Shown: positions 25,127 through 38,301 of the stretch, piece after piece
Layout: each line of letters begins with the position of its first letter
Numbering within the stretch: position 1 is the stretch's first letter
Origin: Vitrella brassicaformis CCMP3155
Lineage: Eukaryota > Protista > Chromerida
Length of the DNA: 64,000 nucleotides
NCBI GenBank assembly: GCA_001179505.1
Contig: CDMY01000375.1
Coordinates: forward strand, 1 to 64,000
Reading direction: 5' to 3'
The notes under the pieces: generated by a model
The model's input: only the letters and a program-made list of their open reading frames with translations
Told to the model about the DNA's origin: nothing
The model's database searches: none
Position numbers and translations under genes: made by a program

Positions 25127-26475
25127 ATGGGCAGCGTGTGCACTCGACCGTCGCCCACGTCAGCGACCGAGCCTTCTCGCGGCGACTCGCAGCGGACGAC
25201 TGGTCCGAGCCTCAACACGGCTCGTGGCGGCGACAAAGCTCAGCCTGTCAAGGGCGACATGCCGATAGGGGAACACGAGGGCGAGGATGAGGACAACGTG
25301 GCCATGGACCTGCCGCTGCGCTCCAAAAGCGCCAGGCCCGCGCATGCCAATGACACGACGTACGGGGGATAGGCAGGCAGTGCACTCACTGAGTGGGCGG
25401 GGCGGTGAGGTGACTGACGGGTTGGAAGACAGCCAGTAGACAGACAAGACAGACAGGGAGTGAGTGAGCTGCTCTCTATATAATATGGAGAATCGCTGGT
25501 TGAGTAGCACCGTTTACGTGAAGTGCTTGCGGGTGTGACATCAATTCAATGACTCACTCACTCACTCACTCTCTGTCTGTGTGTGTGTCGTTTTGTGTGT
25601 GTTGTTGGTTTTGTTACCCTTTCGTGTGTGTGTTTGTTTGCTAGGGGCATGAAGGTTGACTCGTCGGTGGTTGGGTCAGGTGCGGCGGTGCGTGGCGCAC
25701 CAGACGTGGTTCGTGACGGACAGCGGTTCGGTGCTAAGAGCATGACCTGGAACGCTGCGCAACTCGACCCCGACACTGCTGCTAGACTCAAGCGATTCTA
25801 CGCTAGAAACAAACAGGTCAGTCTGACATACCAATAAGCCATACGCACACCACACACACACACACACACACAGACACGCCCCTCGTCCAGCATCACCACC
25901 CACACAACCAATCTCGTGCCTGCCTGCCTGCCGGCCTGTTGGTGCCTTGATTGATGCAGGCACAGGAGACGGAGGCGGTGTCTATCCGTGAGCAGTCGCA
26001 GAAGTACGACGAGGCCACATTGCAGAGCCTGCAGGACAACATCAGCACCCAGGTGGCCGACGACGCCGAGGCCGTCACGGCCAGTGTGAGCGAGAAGCTC
26101 GCCGCCCTCGACGTCTTCTCGCCAGACGTCAGGTCACTCCGATGGAAGGAATTCGAAGCCATGCTCGAGGAGGGGTACGTATTGCACCACACACACAACC
26201 AACGCCACACGTGCACAGACAGACAGACAGGGGACGAGTGACCGATGGCTGTTGTGTGTATGTCAGGGGCATCAAGACGTTGGATCATTTCCGTCAGCAG
26301 GCGGCTGGCAAGCGGGGCAAAGACAAAGCTATGACTCTCGCTGGAGTGGTCAGTCTCTATGACACAATGCATTCATTGCCTAGCTACATAAGGATGCATC
26401 GTCAAATGCATGCTTTCTCTTCTCGCCTGTCTGCAGAAGCAAACCCCCGGTCAGGCCTTCGGCACTCTCCACTAA
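25127..26475 (+). CDS. Hypothetical protein with N-terminal myristoylation/palmitoylation motif (MGSVCT)
   Basis: Phase-consistent exons: MGSVCTRP...ANDT|TGMKVDSS...FYARNKQ|AQETEAVS...MLEE|GGIKTLDHFRQQ...; the last exon and stop are inferred. Confidence 0.6.
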
Positions 26476-26519
26476 CCCCACAGCCAGCTATCGAAGCAAC
26501 GCCTCTGCCATGCTCAAGT

Positions 26520-26854
26520 ACTATACGGCAGGAAGGAAGGATAGCAGGCAGGGTAGACAGACAGAGACGGACAGACAGACAGACAGACAAACACCACACA
26601 AATGAATGCACTGACTTGCGACTGTGTTGTGTGTCTCTGAATGAATGCGTGCAGGTGTGCAGTGAGTGGAGGGCGCGGCGTGTACTGTACAATGAAATGA
26701 CAATGACCGCCGAACACTGACCGACCGACCGACCGACTGTCTGACCGCAGCAATTGACGGTGGATGGATGGATGGATCTTAAGTGCGGACGACTGATTGA
26801 CCTTTTGTCGCCCTCCCTCCCTTCCTCCCTCCCTTCCTCCCTCCCTCTATATCT

Positions 26855-26885
<31 letters not shown>

Positions 26886-27260
26886 CCCCACTCACCCACC
26901 CCAGCCCACGCACCGACCGACCTACCCTGCCCAATATATAGGCGCATCTGTGCTTTGCCGCCCTGCCCGTCTCCTCTCCTCTCCCCTGTCAGCCTGTCAG
27001 CCGCCTGCCTTTGTACCTGCCCGGTGCGGTGCGTGCCTGTGTCAATAATCATGAGTGATAGTTGCGCACCCCAGTGGCCATAGTCGACTGCCTGCCTGCC
27101 TGCCTTGCCTGTGTGTGCGTATTGTCGCTTCCATGGTGGCTCACACACATGTACGCGCACACACACAGCCAACCAGCCAGCCAGCCAGCCAGTGAGTCTG
27201 TCTGTCTGTCTGCGTGTGCCCATGGGTGTGGTGTGCGCTGTGTCCCCCCATCGCTCCTGA
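26520..27260. repeat. Microsatellite-dense intergenic tract ((GACA)n, (GATG)n, (CCCT)n, (GCCT)n, (CCAG)n)
   Basis: Direct inspection; the ORFs here are repeat-derived. Confidence 0.85.
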
Positions 27261-28123
27261 CTGTCCATAGACATACATATACGATCGATCCGCTAGACAC
27301 ACGTCGTGTCTGCGTGTATGTGAGCAGCGCTTTTCTAGCTTTCAACCAGTGCGGTGCGTGTGTGGCTATTTTTGCGCACTAGATCGACCGCAGTGCGCGT
27401 CCGTGAGCCACCCACACAGCAGAGAGAGCCTGAAAGGACAGAGAGAGCGTTTCGATCGGTTCATTCATTCATTCATCTGATGGTGTGTGCGTGCGGCGGC
27501 CAGGCAGGCGCTTTCTCACACACTGGGTGCCTGCATGCATGGCCATGGCATACACATAAAGTGTCTCGTGTCACGTATGAATGCCTTGTGGTGCCTGCCC
27601 GTGTGCGTGTGGCGGACTGAATGATTGACTGACTTGTGTGCAAAGGGCGTCTTTTTCACGTCTAAGTTGGTACTGTGTGTCACGTGCTGAGAGATCTAGA
27701 GCCCACTGCACCTGTCAATTATACAGTTGTAGCCTCCTGTCTGCCATCCATTCATCTCACAAGGCGGATGCAGGCACCGACCGCTTCGCAGGACTTGCCA
27801 TGTGCTTTGAATTGGGGGCCGCAGAGGTGCCAGTGGGCGTCTCGAGTCTCAGCCGGCGTGCCTCCCTGAGTCTTGGAGGACAATGCCACCCCGTCAGTGT
27901 GTTGTTTTGGCGACGATCTACATTGCGCTGGGCTGCCTCCCAGCAGCTCTGGGCTGGTGCCACAATGTCACCGCTGGAGTGCGTGGCGGCAGTGCTGGTG
28001 ACGCCGGCCAGGGCTTCCTACGGCTTCGAAACAAGACGCCGGTCCCTCACACTCTCTGGGGTACGCCCGTCGTGAGCAATCAAGGGCACGACAAACCGAA
28101 CGAGTCTGTTTGCAATCGATGCA

Positions 28124-29360
28124 ATGAATGTTCTTTTTTCGGTAGCATGCCACTCCCCCATTCACGGCAGGAACATAGTGATCCGCAGGCTCGAGGGGAC
28201 CGACAACAGTGATCTCATCTCTGTGTACGACACCCCAGACTGGTCGGTGGAGTGCAAGTGTCGTTGTGGGCATCACAGAGATGCATCCACAGAGGTCATG
28301 ATGTCTCCCTCCGTTGTGTTGTCTCCATGGATACAGGTGGACGATTGGCAACGGAGTTGCGCTCGTTGATTTAGACCTCGACGCGGAGCTGCCGCGGAAG
28401 CTCGTCGGATACCTGAGAGACGACAAGAAGGTGCAGTTTGAGAGGGCTAATGACTCCATCGTCGCGGATGGGCGCGACTTTGACAAACCGCAGCATGACG
28501 ATCCCTTGGCCTGGAAGGACCTTGTCGATTCCCCGGTGCCTGAATTTCTGGCAGCTGAATCTCTCTGACATTGAACAGGTAGATGAGTATACCCACGTTA
28601 AGGAAATGCCACTCGGTGTTATCACGGGAATGCGTGGATGTACGCAGGTGGCTTCCGCCAATGAGCACCTCGGCCTGCCACTCAATTACTTCCGGAACAT
28701 CGTCCTCGTGTTTTGCGACAAACAGGCCTTTTTCGACACCAGCGAGATGCCATAGCCATCAGCCAGGACGCTGCGAAAGATGAACTATGCAGGAGCTGAG
28801 CGATGGAAGCCTGCCTTCAAGCTCACTTCCTTGTGGCAAAACATAAGATTTCTCCTTGCACCCGGAGGCACCCTGTACGTTAACAACATCCCTGTACGTG
28901 AGACACGCCGTCTGCATACACACACATAAGGTGTCCTTGATCATCGGCAGCACCTTGTGTGTGTCTATTGTAGGCCCTTCTCTTCCAAGGCCATCCATGT
29001 GACTGCAAAAGGCCTCAGAGCTGGCCTCCCAAGAAGACGATGTGCGAGCACCACGAGAGGCTTGGAGTGGAAATCTGCTGGAACAACGGTGCAATGAGGG
29101 TGCTGTTCGACCCCTTCATCGACCTTCTCGACGCAATGGGACTGCGGCTCGTTGGCCCGTTCGCCTACGATCGACTGCGGCTCGTTGGCCCGTTCGCCTA
29201 CGATCGAATAGGTTTGAGAAGCCTCCAACATAGAGACATGCAATATCCCGCGCGTATCTTGTTTGTTGCAGTCTTGCCTCCATTCGTGCCTTCGGCCTCG
29301 TTGGTGCCCGCTATGGGGGTTGCATTTCGACCAGCGAGGCCGAAGTTGATAAAGCCTTAG
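28124..29360 (+). pseudogene. Putative class I SAM-methyltransferase-like gene interrupted by an in-frame TAG
   Basis: Exons read ...NYFRNIVLVFCDKQAFFDTSEMP*PSARTLRKMNYAGAERWKPAFKLTSLWQNIRFLLAPGGTLYVNNIP|ALLFQGHPCDC... LLAPGGTLYV resembles the methyltransferase LLKPGG motif. TAG at 28753-28755; phase-0 intron at 28894-28973. The 5' end is undetermined. Confidence 0.42.
29140..29205 (+). repeat. Perfect 33-bp tandem duplication (in frame, LRLVGPFAYDR x2)
   Basis: gactgcggctcgttggcccgttcgcctacgatc x2. Confidence 0.95.
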
Positions 29361-30203
29361 CGTATCACCTGACTTGACCAGCCTAAGTTGATTTCGACGG
29401 GGAGATGAACGACGCGATGCATCAAGCGATCGAACGGACGAAGTGAAAGACACTCACGAACTGACAAAGTAAAAGAGCCTCGCGCCAGTGCAGAAGGGTG
29501 TGGGCGATCGAGATTAACAAACCGATTCCATCGCCTTGGCAGCTAGGCAGGGCTCAGTCAGTGACCTGCAGCGGGGGCGATTCAATGGCATTGTCGATGA
29601 GCTCACACGAATGGCGGACACGTATGGACGAATTGGACGAGATGGATGCATACGCACGTCAGAGACCCGCGTGGATCTGTATGTATCGAGAGACACATGC
29701 ACAGAGGACCGATGCATGACGACACGACAGTCAAACTTGGAGTGCATTTCTCAGCCGTGGAGTGCACAGTCAGTGCCCTCCCTGTGCAGTCGTGCATGGT
29801 ACCTACCTGCATATGTAGACAGCAGACATGACATGAACAGCAGCGAGAACTGAAGGAGGTGACTGGTTCGGGTGTGACGTGTCTCTTTTCCTTTATTTTC
29901 CCCTACTAGAGTGTGATGTTATCAGGGGGGATGGATACCGACCAAGTGATGCATGGGAGCTTTTGTGGTTTCCAATGCGCGCTTTGCTGCAACTTGAGTG
30001 ACGCACTGCATTGTCACACGCAGCGCAGCTATCTATAGACGCCATTCATTGCGCTGCGCGACCTCACACTGTACTGTATGTATCACACATCCCATCCGCA
30101 CCGATATGCATATCGAGCATGTATACCATACAATACAATCTGTCTGCACATCACATCCAACAGATCTGTCACACATCATCTGTCTGTCTGTCTGTATGTC
30201 TAT

Positions 30204-31386
30204 CTATCTCTCACACACGGCACGGCCGCCCCCCTCCCACCCCTCTCGTGCGTGCATCCTCGCCCCTTGTCTCTTCGCTGACTCGGGCCGATCCACGTAA
30301 GCCTTCGCCTTGTTCGCGAAAGCCCACAGCTCAGAGTACCGCCGATCGCGGGGACATGCAGCCACGAGCCTCCCAATCCTGGCCGACAAGTCACTGTCGT
30401 CCTCTGTCGGGCTGGCGTCTGTGCTGAGTATGATTGGTAGGCTGTCGACAATGCATCGGAGTGCCTCTGGCTTGAAGCCGTGCAGGATGCCGCTACTGTG
30501 ATGGAGCAGCGCACGGACCGCATCGCCCATTGAAGGATCCCACCCATGCGCACGACGGAAGTCCTGAGGCGGACAAGGAAACAACAGCCCTCCATCCTTT
30601 CTGAATGCGCAATGCGCATGGCACTCGGCATGCGCATATGCTTACCGCAATGCACTCAATGGCCATGGCGACATAGGCCGGCCCCAAAACAGATGTCTTG
30701 TTTGCGAGATGGCGACACATGGTCAAGAAGGCGTCCCGCCACTCAGGCACCTCCACTCCCTCTGACTCAGTGGCTGCCAGCGCCCTCTCGCACCGCCTGA
30801 GGGCCGCCATGGACTCGCACAGCGAATTCCCGCGCAGGTCAATCGCCTTTCTGATATACGGAGAAGGCACGTGCCCATCAACCAAACCGATCACATGCTC
30901 GTTCATCCATCCTCTCACTGACTCGCTCACTCGAGTAAGATGTGTGTGTAGTGGTCGAGGAGTTGTGTGTCGTAGCAGCCAATGCGGATCATACAGCGGG
31001 AGAGGAAGGCCAGGTGGGGCGCCCCCATCAAGGGCAGCAGCTGACGGGCCCGCCCAAAGGCAGATGACCAGAACGGCCGGTGCAGCAGCTTCCTCTCGCT
31101 CCCCTCTGCATCAATCAACCCACACACAGACACACAGACACACAGACAGACAGGCAGAGGAAACACGAGATCTATCCATTCAATCCAGCTGCCGTGTTGT
31201 TCATTCCTCTGTGTGCACGCCGCACCGACCTCTGCAGTAGAAGAGCAGTTCAGTGAGGTTCATGAGTCGGAAGTCCACCAGCTGCAGCGCGAGCCGGTGC
31301 ACCTCCCTCTTGCTCTGATCTGACGGAGGGGGCCGGTGCTGCAGCAGATGAAGCTTCAGCACCAGCTGCTTACGCTGGCTTCCCAT
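30204..31386 (-). CDS. Helical-repeat protein, possibly heptatricopeptide/FASTK-like
   Basis: Exons MGSQRKQL...LMNLTELLFYC|...HRPFWSSAFGRARQLLPLMGAPHLAFLSRCMIRIGCYDTQLLDHY|...|...GFKPEALRCIVDSL; the helix-pair pattern resembles HPR/FASTK repeats. Both ends are uncertain. Confidence 0.5.
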
Positions 31387-31644
31387 CACATCCTTTCTAG
31401 AGCTCGCAACCCGCCTAGGGTGCTGCCTGAAACCGCTGCTGCCTCTGCGAGCTTAGCGGAAGGAGGAGGAAGCGGTGTGAGCATCCAGGTTGAACCACAC
31501 GTATACGAATCAGTGACTGAGTCAGACCAACGACAAGGTGTGCTGTGCGAGTGAGAGGGTTAGGAACACTGAAGGAGGGCTCCCCGTTCTCACAGCATCG
31601 CCTCCCTCAGTGCCGAGGGGTGTGAACCCCAGGAGGTGTCAAGC

Positions 31645-34295
31645 ATGACTGACCCGACTCAGTGTAACATCTACATCACACCCGTCGCTCGGGAGACCAC
31701 CGAGAAGCAACTCAATGACCTCTTCTCCGCCTGTGGGGAGGTCATGCGAGTCAAGGTACGCACACACGCAAGCCGATCAACACAGCCAGCAACAGAGAGA
31801 TGAGAGGAAACAAAGCAGGGCACCGACATACACATCCGTTCGTGTGCGCTGTGTGTGCTGTGTTTGTTTGTAGATTCGTGAGAATGAGCGTGGCCTTTAT
31901 GCTTTTGTCAACTTCTCCAAGCCGGACGAGGCGCAGCGGGCGGTGCGGGACATGCAGAGCTACGAGCTGCATGGCGCCAAGATGAAGGTGGAGCTCCAGA
32001 AGAGCCGCGCCACCCCGCCAGCATCGCGCGACCCCTCGTCGGGCGGCCGACGCGGTCCTCCCACCGACCGCCGTGGCGGGCCCATGTACGGCGACCACAT
32101 GATGATGGAGGGGGGCGATGCATGGGGTGGCGGACCCAATGGCTACGGAGGCGAGAAGAGGGGGCGGCAGCCAGACGGCGGCAGGGTCGACAGGGGCGAC
32201 GTGCAGCTGCACTTGATGAACGTGCCTGCGGACACGACTGAGGACATGATCCGTCAGCGGGTCGAGGGCATCGTGCCGGTCACCAACGTGCGCAAGTTCA
32301 TCCGGCCCAAGAATGAGGGCGAGAAGACCGACCCCACGAGAGACGGCTATGCCTTCCTGCATGTGAGGAACGAGAAGGATGCCGAGGAGCTGATCCGGGC
32401 GGTGGACGGCACCAACGGCTGGATACTCCGGTACAGCAACCACCACATCCGCACACTCATACAGCGGGCGGGCGGAGACCCCAAGACCAGATCAGGTGAG
32501 TGAGCCGGATAGGGCGGAAAGCAACGCAGCGCAACACGGTGATGCCATCATGCTTTCTTTCTCTCGGTGTGTGCGTCAGGTTTGGTGTTGGTTCGTGAGA
32601 TCACTCTGTACGGCGTGCCGGAGGGCCCCCTCTCTCCCGAGCTGCGGCAGGCGATGCGTCACTTCTTCAGTCAGTTCGGCGACATCGAGAACATCGAGGG
32701 CACCGGCACGGGCATTGCATTCGTCCTCTTCCGCGAGCTCAACGGCGCCACCAAGGCCATCTTTCGGTCCAAATCGAGCGAGGAGAAACTGACCATCGCC
32801 CCAGGCCTCACCTGCACCGTCATGTACTCGGACCCCGTGCAGCGCACACACGCCGTACCGGACCCCGACATACGCGACATCCTGGAGGGGGCCGACGACC
32901 GCCTGCTTGGGCATGGCATGCCCGCGGGGCCGCCCGGCAAGCGCCCCAGGCAAGGTGACTACCCCCCTGACTTCGGCCCCCCATTCATGGCCGCACCGCC
33001 CCCATTCTTCCCCCCTGGCGCGCCAGGAGACGGGTTCCTCGGCCCGCCACCGGCGTATGGGCGTGATACTGGCCGGCCTGCTGCATGGGATGACCCGACG
33101 CGGAGAGGCCCCGAGCCACCTGTGCCGGCATATGGGGGGCCGGGGATTGCGGCCAATGTGGACCCGCAGCTGCTGGCCATGGTTGACAAGTTGGGAGGGC
33201 TGGAGGGCATCAAGGCGTTGCTGGGTGCGTCGGCTGGCGGACAGAGCGGCCAGGGGATGGCCGAGAACCCTTTGCTGACTCAGCTACGGCAGATGCTGGG
33301 GCAGCAGCCGCCCCCGAGAAGCCGCGAGAAGGTCTTTTTGATGCCGCTCGTGCAGCAGGAGAAGCCGTATCTGTTCACACGGGGCAGAACCACGTCCGCA
33401 TCGCCGTTTGGGGGCCCGCCCGCGGTCAGCGAGACCATGCCCACCCTCTTCCCTCCACCAGCCGTCCCTCCCGCCCCTGTGCAGGTGCCACCTGTGGCAC
33501 CAACAACAGCACCAGTCATGGCACCGACGGCAGTGGCACCACCCCCACAGCCGCCCCCTGCTGTCGCGCCCCCGCCGCCCATCAGTGAGAGCCCCGAGCC
33601 CGGCGATGTGTGTTGGCGGGGCAGCATGGTCAGGAGCAACAAGAAGCGGGTGCCCGTGCAGGCGCGCTTCCTCCGCGGCCGATTCCAGTCCGTGTTCAAC
33701 AAAGGGTGCGAGCAGCTCAACATCAGCCACCGGTCGTCATGGGAGGACGTCGGCAAGCGGCACGTGATTGGCGTGGTGTGTCTGGAGGCGACGAGCGATA
33801 ACGGCGGTGTGCCGACGGCCGCTGACTCGAAGGGTTTTTTCGAGTACATTGAGTACTTCAAGAGCAAGGAGAGGGCGGGTGTGGCGCGGATCGAGGAGGG
33901 CAACCAGTATGTCTACATCATCCCGCCCGGTGTGGAGCTGTTCGTCCAGCACGGCCCGCCACCCAGGGGGTCGGCAGACCACACACTGCTGGCCCTTGTC
34001 AGCACTGACCCTGGTACGTACGGTGGAGTGGATCCACCCACACACCATCCATGCCATGTGACATATCTGACATACGTGTCCTATTTGGTTGTCCCTCCCT
34101 TCAGATGGGGCCCAGCCTGCAGCAGCACCGACAGGAGCAGCCACTGCGCCGCTAGCGAATGCGCCGTCAGGAGGTGCCAACACAGGTGGCGAGCACGGGA
34201 AGGATCAGAACGGGACTGACCAGGAGGCGGCCTTGCGGGCGCTGCTGCAGCGACCCGAGGTGCTCAACCTTCTCAGCCAGAAGGACGGCAAGTGA
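31645..34295 (+). CDS. Spen-family RNA-binding protein with 3 RRMs + SPOC (FPA/RBM15-like architecture)
   Basis: RRM1 NIYITPV...RGLYAFVNF; RRM2 LHLMNVP...DGYAFLHV; RRM3 ITLYGVP...GIAFVLF; Pro-rich linker; SPOC-like VCWRGSMVRS...FFEYIEYFKSKERAGVA...VYIIPP. Confidence 0.85.
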
Positions 34296-34630
34296 CTGAC
34301 TCACTGAATGGGCGGGCGGGAGTGGGGTGGGTGCCTTCCTCTCTTTCTGTCCTGCGGTTTTGTCTGTCGTGTCCTCTGTCTGGAGTGTGTGTTGGTGCCT
34401 GCCGTTGGATTGATCGCATCATGTGGTTGGTTGAGCTCGTATCGTTCCCATATTACATACATTCATAAACATACAGATCATCTATCTAAGGGGTGGGTGT
34501 GGATGTGAGAGGGCAGGGGAGGGAGGGAGGGAGGTAAACGTGTTGTGTTCCTTTGCTGCTCTGTGACACGTTGCCGACGGCACGTGCGGTGGATGGATGG
34601 ATGGATGGATCCGGGGGTGGTTGGGGGCAA

Positions 34631-34918
34631 GTGAGGCGAGACAGACAGACACAGACAGACAGAGATGGGCAGGCACATGTGAAAGCTCTTCCCCGCCTCC
34701 TGGACGCACCCACCCCGCTTTCATCAAGTGAGGCGAGACAGACAGACACAGACAGACAGAGATGGGCAGGCACATGTGAAAGCTCTTCCCCGCCTCCTGG
34801 ACGCACCCACCCCGCTTTCATCAAGTGAGGCGAGACAGACAGACACAGACAGACAGAGATGGGCAGGCACATGTGAAAGCTCTTCCCCGCCTCCTGGACG
34901 CACCCACCCCGCTTTCAT
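34631..34918. repeat. Minisatellite: 97-bp unit x3, essentially identical
   Basis: Units start at 34631, 34728 and 34825 (gtgaggcgagacagacagacacagacagacagagatgggcaggcacatgtgaaagctcttccccgcctcctggacgcacccaccccgctttca...). Confidence 0.95.
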
Positions 34919-36079
34919 TCATCACAAACACACACACCACACCACTGTGGAGGCACTTTTAAGAAGGCAAGAAAGATGCATGAGCACGGCAGCACAGCAG
35001 CACAGAAAGAAAGAAAGGGCATCCGCAGAAAGAAAGATAAGCACAGAACGCAAGTAAGGGCATGCACTGCACGAGGCTCATTCATTCAGCAGAGCTGAAA
35101 ACATAAGTATGGCAGGCAACCCATGCATTGTATGTGTGCGTCGGCTCGCTCATCCACCACACACATACGGACACACACACACACACATACAGCACAGCAC
35201 ACGCCCATCAACTACCTACCAGCCTACCAGCCTGCCTGCCTGCCTTTTTTTTGAATATCGGTGGGGCCGGGCCAGGCTAGTCCAGGCCGCCTAATATATC
35301 TCACTGTCAGTCAAACTCTGCGTGTTGATGTATCATATCTATGCGTGATGCGTGAATGCATACGTGTAAGTGAAATTGCCGCCGACTGCATGGCACGATT
35401 CGATTCGCCGGCGGGTCATTTTTTGCTGCTGCAATGCAACATTCCCTCTCGTCCCCTCCCCTCCCCCCAACCCAATCCAACCAGTGTGCGACACTACTGA
35501 TTGAATTTTCGTCGGTGCGTTCATTGCATGCATCCATCCATCCATCCATCCGTCCGTCCGTCTGGCCGGCGGCAAATTACTAACCCACGAACATCACACC
35601 TGTATCCATGCATCCATGTCTGTCGGTCTGTCTGCCGAAGTCTTGCAGAGACACGCACAGCACATGCATGAAATGCAACGTCCTAGCCATAGCCAGGGAG
35701 ATAGATGGGTGTGCCTGTGTGGTTTGGTTTGTATGGCTGGGGGATTGCTGCTTGTTGGACAAACAGACACTCAATTGTGTGCATGTGTATGTGTGTGTTG
35801 CTGCCTTCGTGTCTCGGTGCCTGCGTGTCTCAGTGCCAAATTACTAATCAATCAGTCAACTATGCAATCGCTGTTGCCACAACAGACAGAGACATGGCAG
35901 TTCACAATACCTTCCAACATCACCACCAGCAAATATAAAATGCAGGCAGCAATAAAATGAATCTGGCCCACCATCGGCGCCATTGGGCCCTTTTGACCTC
36001 TCTCACACATCGACGAGCACACGGCCGTCCTCATCGTCTGCAATACAAGCAAACCATACATGCACACACATAGAGATGC

Positions 36080-38047
36080 TCATCCATCCACCGCCCCCCA
36101 AGACACATCCCACCCTGTCAGTGGGTTCAGCCCCGCTCTTGCCATGAGGTCTGGACGCATCGCTCGAAAGCTGACGGTCTCCAGACCTCTGACATCCAGG
36201 AGGCTGCATATGTCGCTGGCAGATCTTGCACACACACAACCGAGACACGAGTGGAAGGAAGTGAGTTTTGTTCCGTTTGTTAGCATCTTCATTCAGATAC
36301 CTATGCACACATTCAGGTCCTTGATTGAGGGATAGATATCTCCACCCAGCCACAGGCCACGGCTGCCCCGAATCAGCGAGAAATACACCTTCTCCATCGC
36401 CACCCCTCCCCCAATGGCCAGCAGGATCGATTGCACGAAGTGCACGTCGACGGCCTTCCAGACACTCAGTTCATTGATGCCGGTCATGCAGCTGTAAGCA
36501 GCCGCCCCGCTTCCCACCCCACGCTGCTGTCGAGGACAAGGTGGGAGCTGTCGGCGACGATCGACAATGGCAGGTAGTTGAGAATGGCCGGCACACATCG
36601 GGCAGGGGAGGGCTCGGGCAGAAGCCATTTGCGTCCTCAAGGCAGAACTTGGCCGCCCTGGGAAACGTCAGCCGCCTGGAGACGTCGGTCGCAGCTGAGG
36701 ACGGCTGGCGGAAGAGAGCTAATTGGAAGAGAGAGTGCGCATCTTGCGCGTCATGCAGATGCTGCGCTCTCAGCTTCCACAGGACGCCCGTGGCTTCATT
36801 CCCGAGCTTAACGAGGCTGTCTCTTACAAACATTGACGTGCTTGCGGGGAGGTACATGAGCACGTCAAAGTTGAAAGAGAAGCGGTCGTTGGCGATGGAG
36901 ATAGTGGGGCCGGCAGCGAACGTGCGGGAGAACGACTGGATGGCGGCGAGAAGGGGCAGAAAGGAGCCGTCGACTCCATCGAAAGCGTCGATGTCGAAGT
37001 CGATAGTGACATCGATTGACGAGCGACGACAGCCGCGTGCCAGCATGACGGCCTGAAAGGGAAGAAAAAAGCGAAGCATGCAAAAAGAAATGGAAGCGTG
37101 CACTTTCTCCTTGCATACCTCCAGCCGGTCGAATGCCTGGCGCATCTGGACGGTATCTCAAAAAACACGCACAGTGCCGATCGTCTTGAGATGGCTTAGA
37201 GGCGCCACCAGCCTGCCCCCCCTCTCTCGTGGCCAAAGGCAGGCGCTCAAGCAGCTCTGCCTTCTTGTTGGCTGTGGATGACGAGCCAATTCTCGTAATT
37301 GTGGTTGACAATCGGAGAAAGGCACTCGTCATCTCCCCATCACAACCAGGGCCGCTCACGTCGATCAAAGACGGCATCAGCCATCTGTCGGCCAGGGAAC
37401 GGTGGGCTTGTAGAAGGCCTGAGATCGATGTAAGGGCCGGAAGGCGTGTGCGGGCGCCGGCAGGGGGGAAGGGAACGACGGGAGGTGCTCTAAATGGTCC
37501 CGGCCGTACTGGCATGGGCACCCTCTCAAATGAGACGGCTTTGAGCGATGCTCCTTGGATTCCCGACCCCTCTTGTGCCGCTGCCTCTGCCCGACCTGCC
37601 GCTTGGCCAGCAACGAAAGCCACCAGAGCGGCGAGGCCCCATTCCGGAAAGCCGCCAGGGTGCCGCGTCATGATGGTGGAGACGTTGATGGCAAGCTGTC
37701 CCAGCTGTCTCGCGCGCTGCGGCAGCATTCTGCCCCAGACCTCCACGCCTTCGTGCGTCGATGCGTCGATGATCAGGCGCGTATGCAGCTTGCAGCTTGC
37801 ACACTTGTTCCAGCACGGAGGGACAGAGGCGGGAAAGGACGAACAGGGGAGAGGGCAGGTAGGCAAGGACGTTGATGACCAAATCAGGCTGAAAGACAGA
37901 CGGAAATGTCGGCTGTGTCACCATGTCAACATGGATAAAGACATACCAGCAGAGGCGCTCCCTCCGGTGCGTTGTTGGCCTCTCCAGCTGCAGCTGCGTT
38001 GCTGCTGGTCTCCCCACCAGCAGCAGGGGCTGTGGTTGAGGCAGCAT
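36080..38047 (-). pseudogene. Lineage-specific F-box-like family member, frameshifted
   Basis: F-box-like FQPDLVINVLAYLPSPLFVLSRL in one frame continues as KLHTRLIIDASTHEGVEVW in another. The shift is explained by a 7-bp tandem duplication (agcttgc x2, plus strand 37787-37800). Later segments also change frame. Confidence 0.62.
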
Positions 38048-38301
38048 GACAAAGCTCAGGGGCTACAGCGGGGGCATCAGGGGCTGTGGTTGAGGCAGGT
38101 GCAGCAGAAGTAGCAGCATGAGACGACTCAGCGCTTGCAGGCGTAGAGCGCGGTGCTGTTGGTGTGTTGCCTTCGGTGCTGGCCTGCAGGGCTGCATGAT
38201 GGCTCAGTACTGCTGTAGCGGCAGTGGCAGGTTGTTCTGCCTGCAGTCACGACAAAACCATGGCAAAACTACAGTAAGCTGTGGCCTCGTTGCTGCTCCT
38301 C

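Noticed and set aside
34631-34918. CRISPR-like or mobile-element array
   Set aside because: Units are contiguous and identical with no unique spacers; eukaryotic context; no cas or transposase genes.
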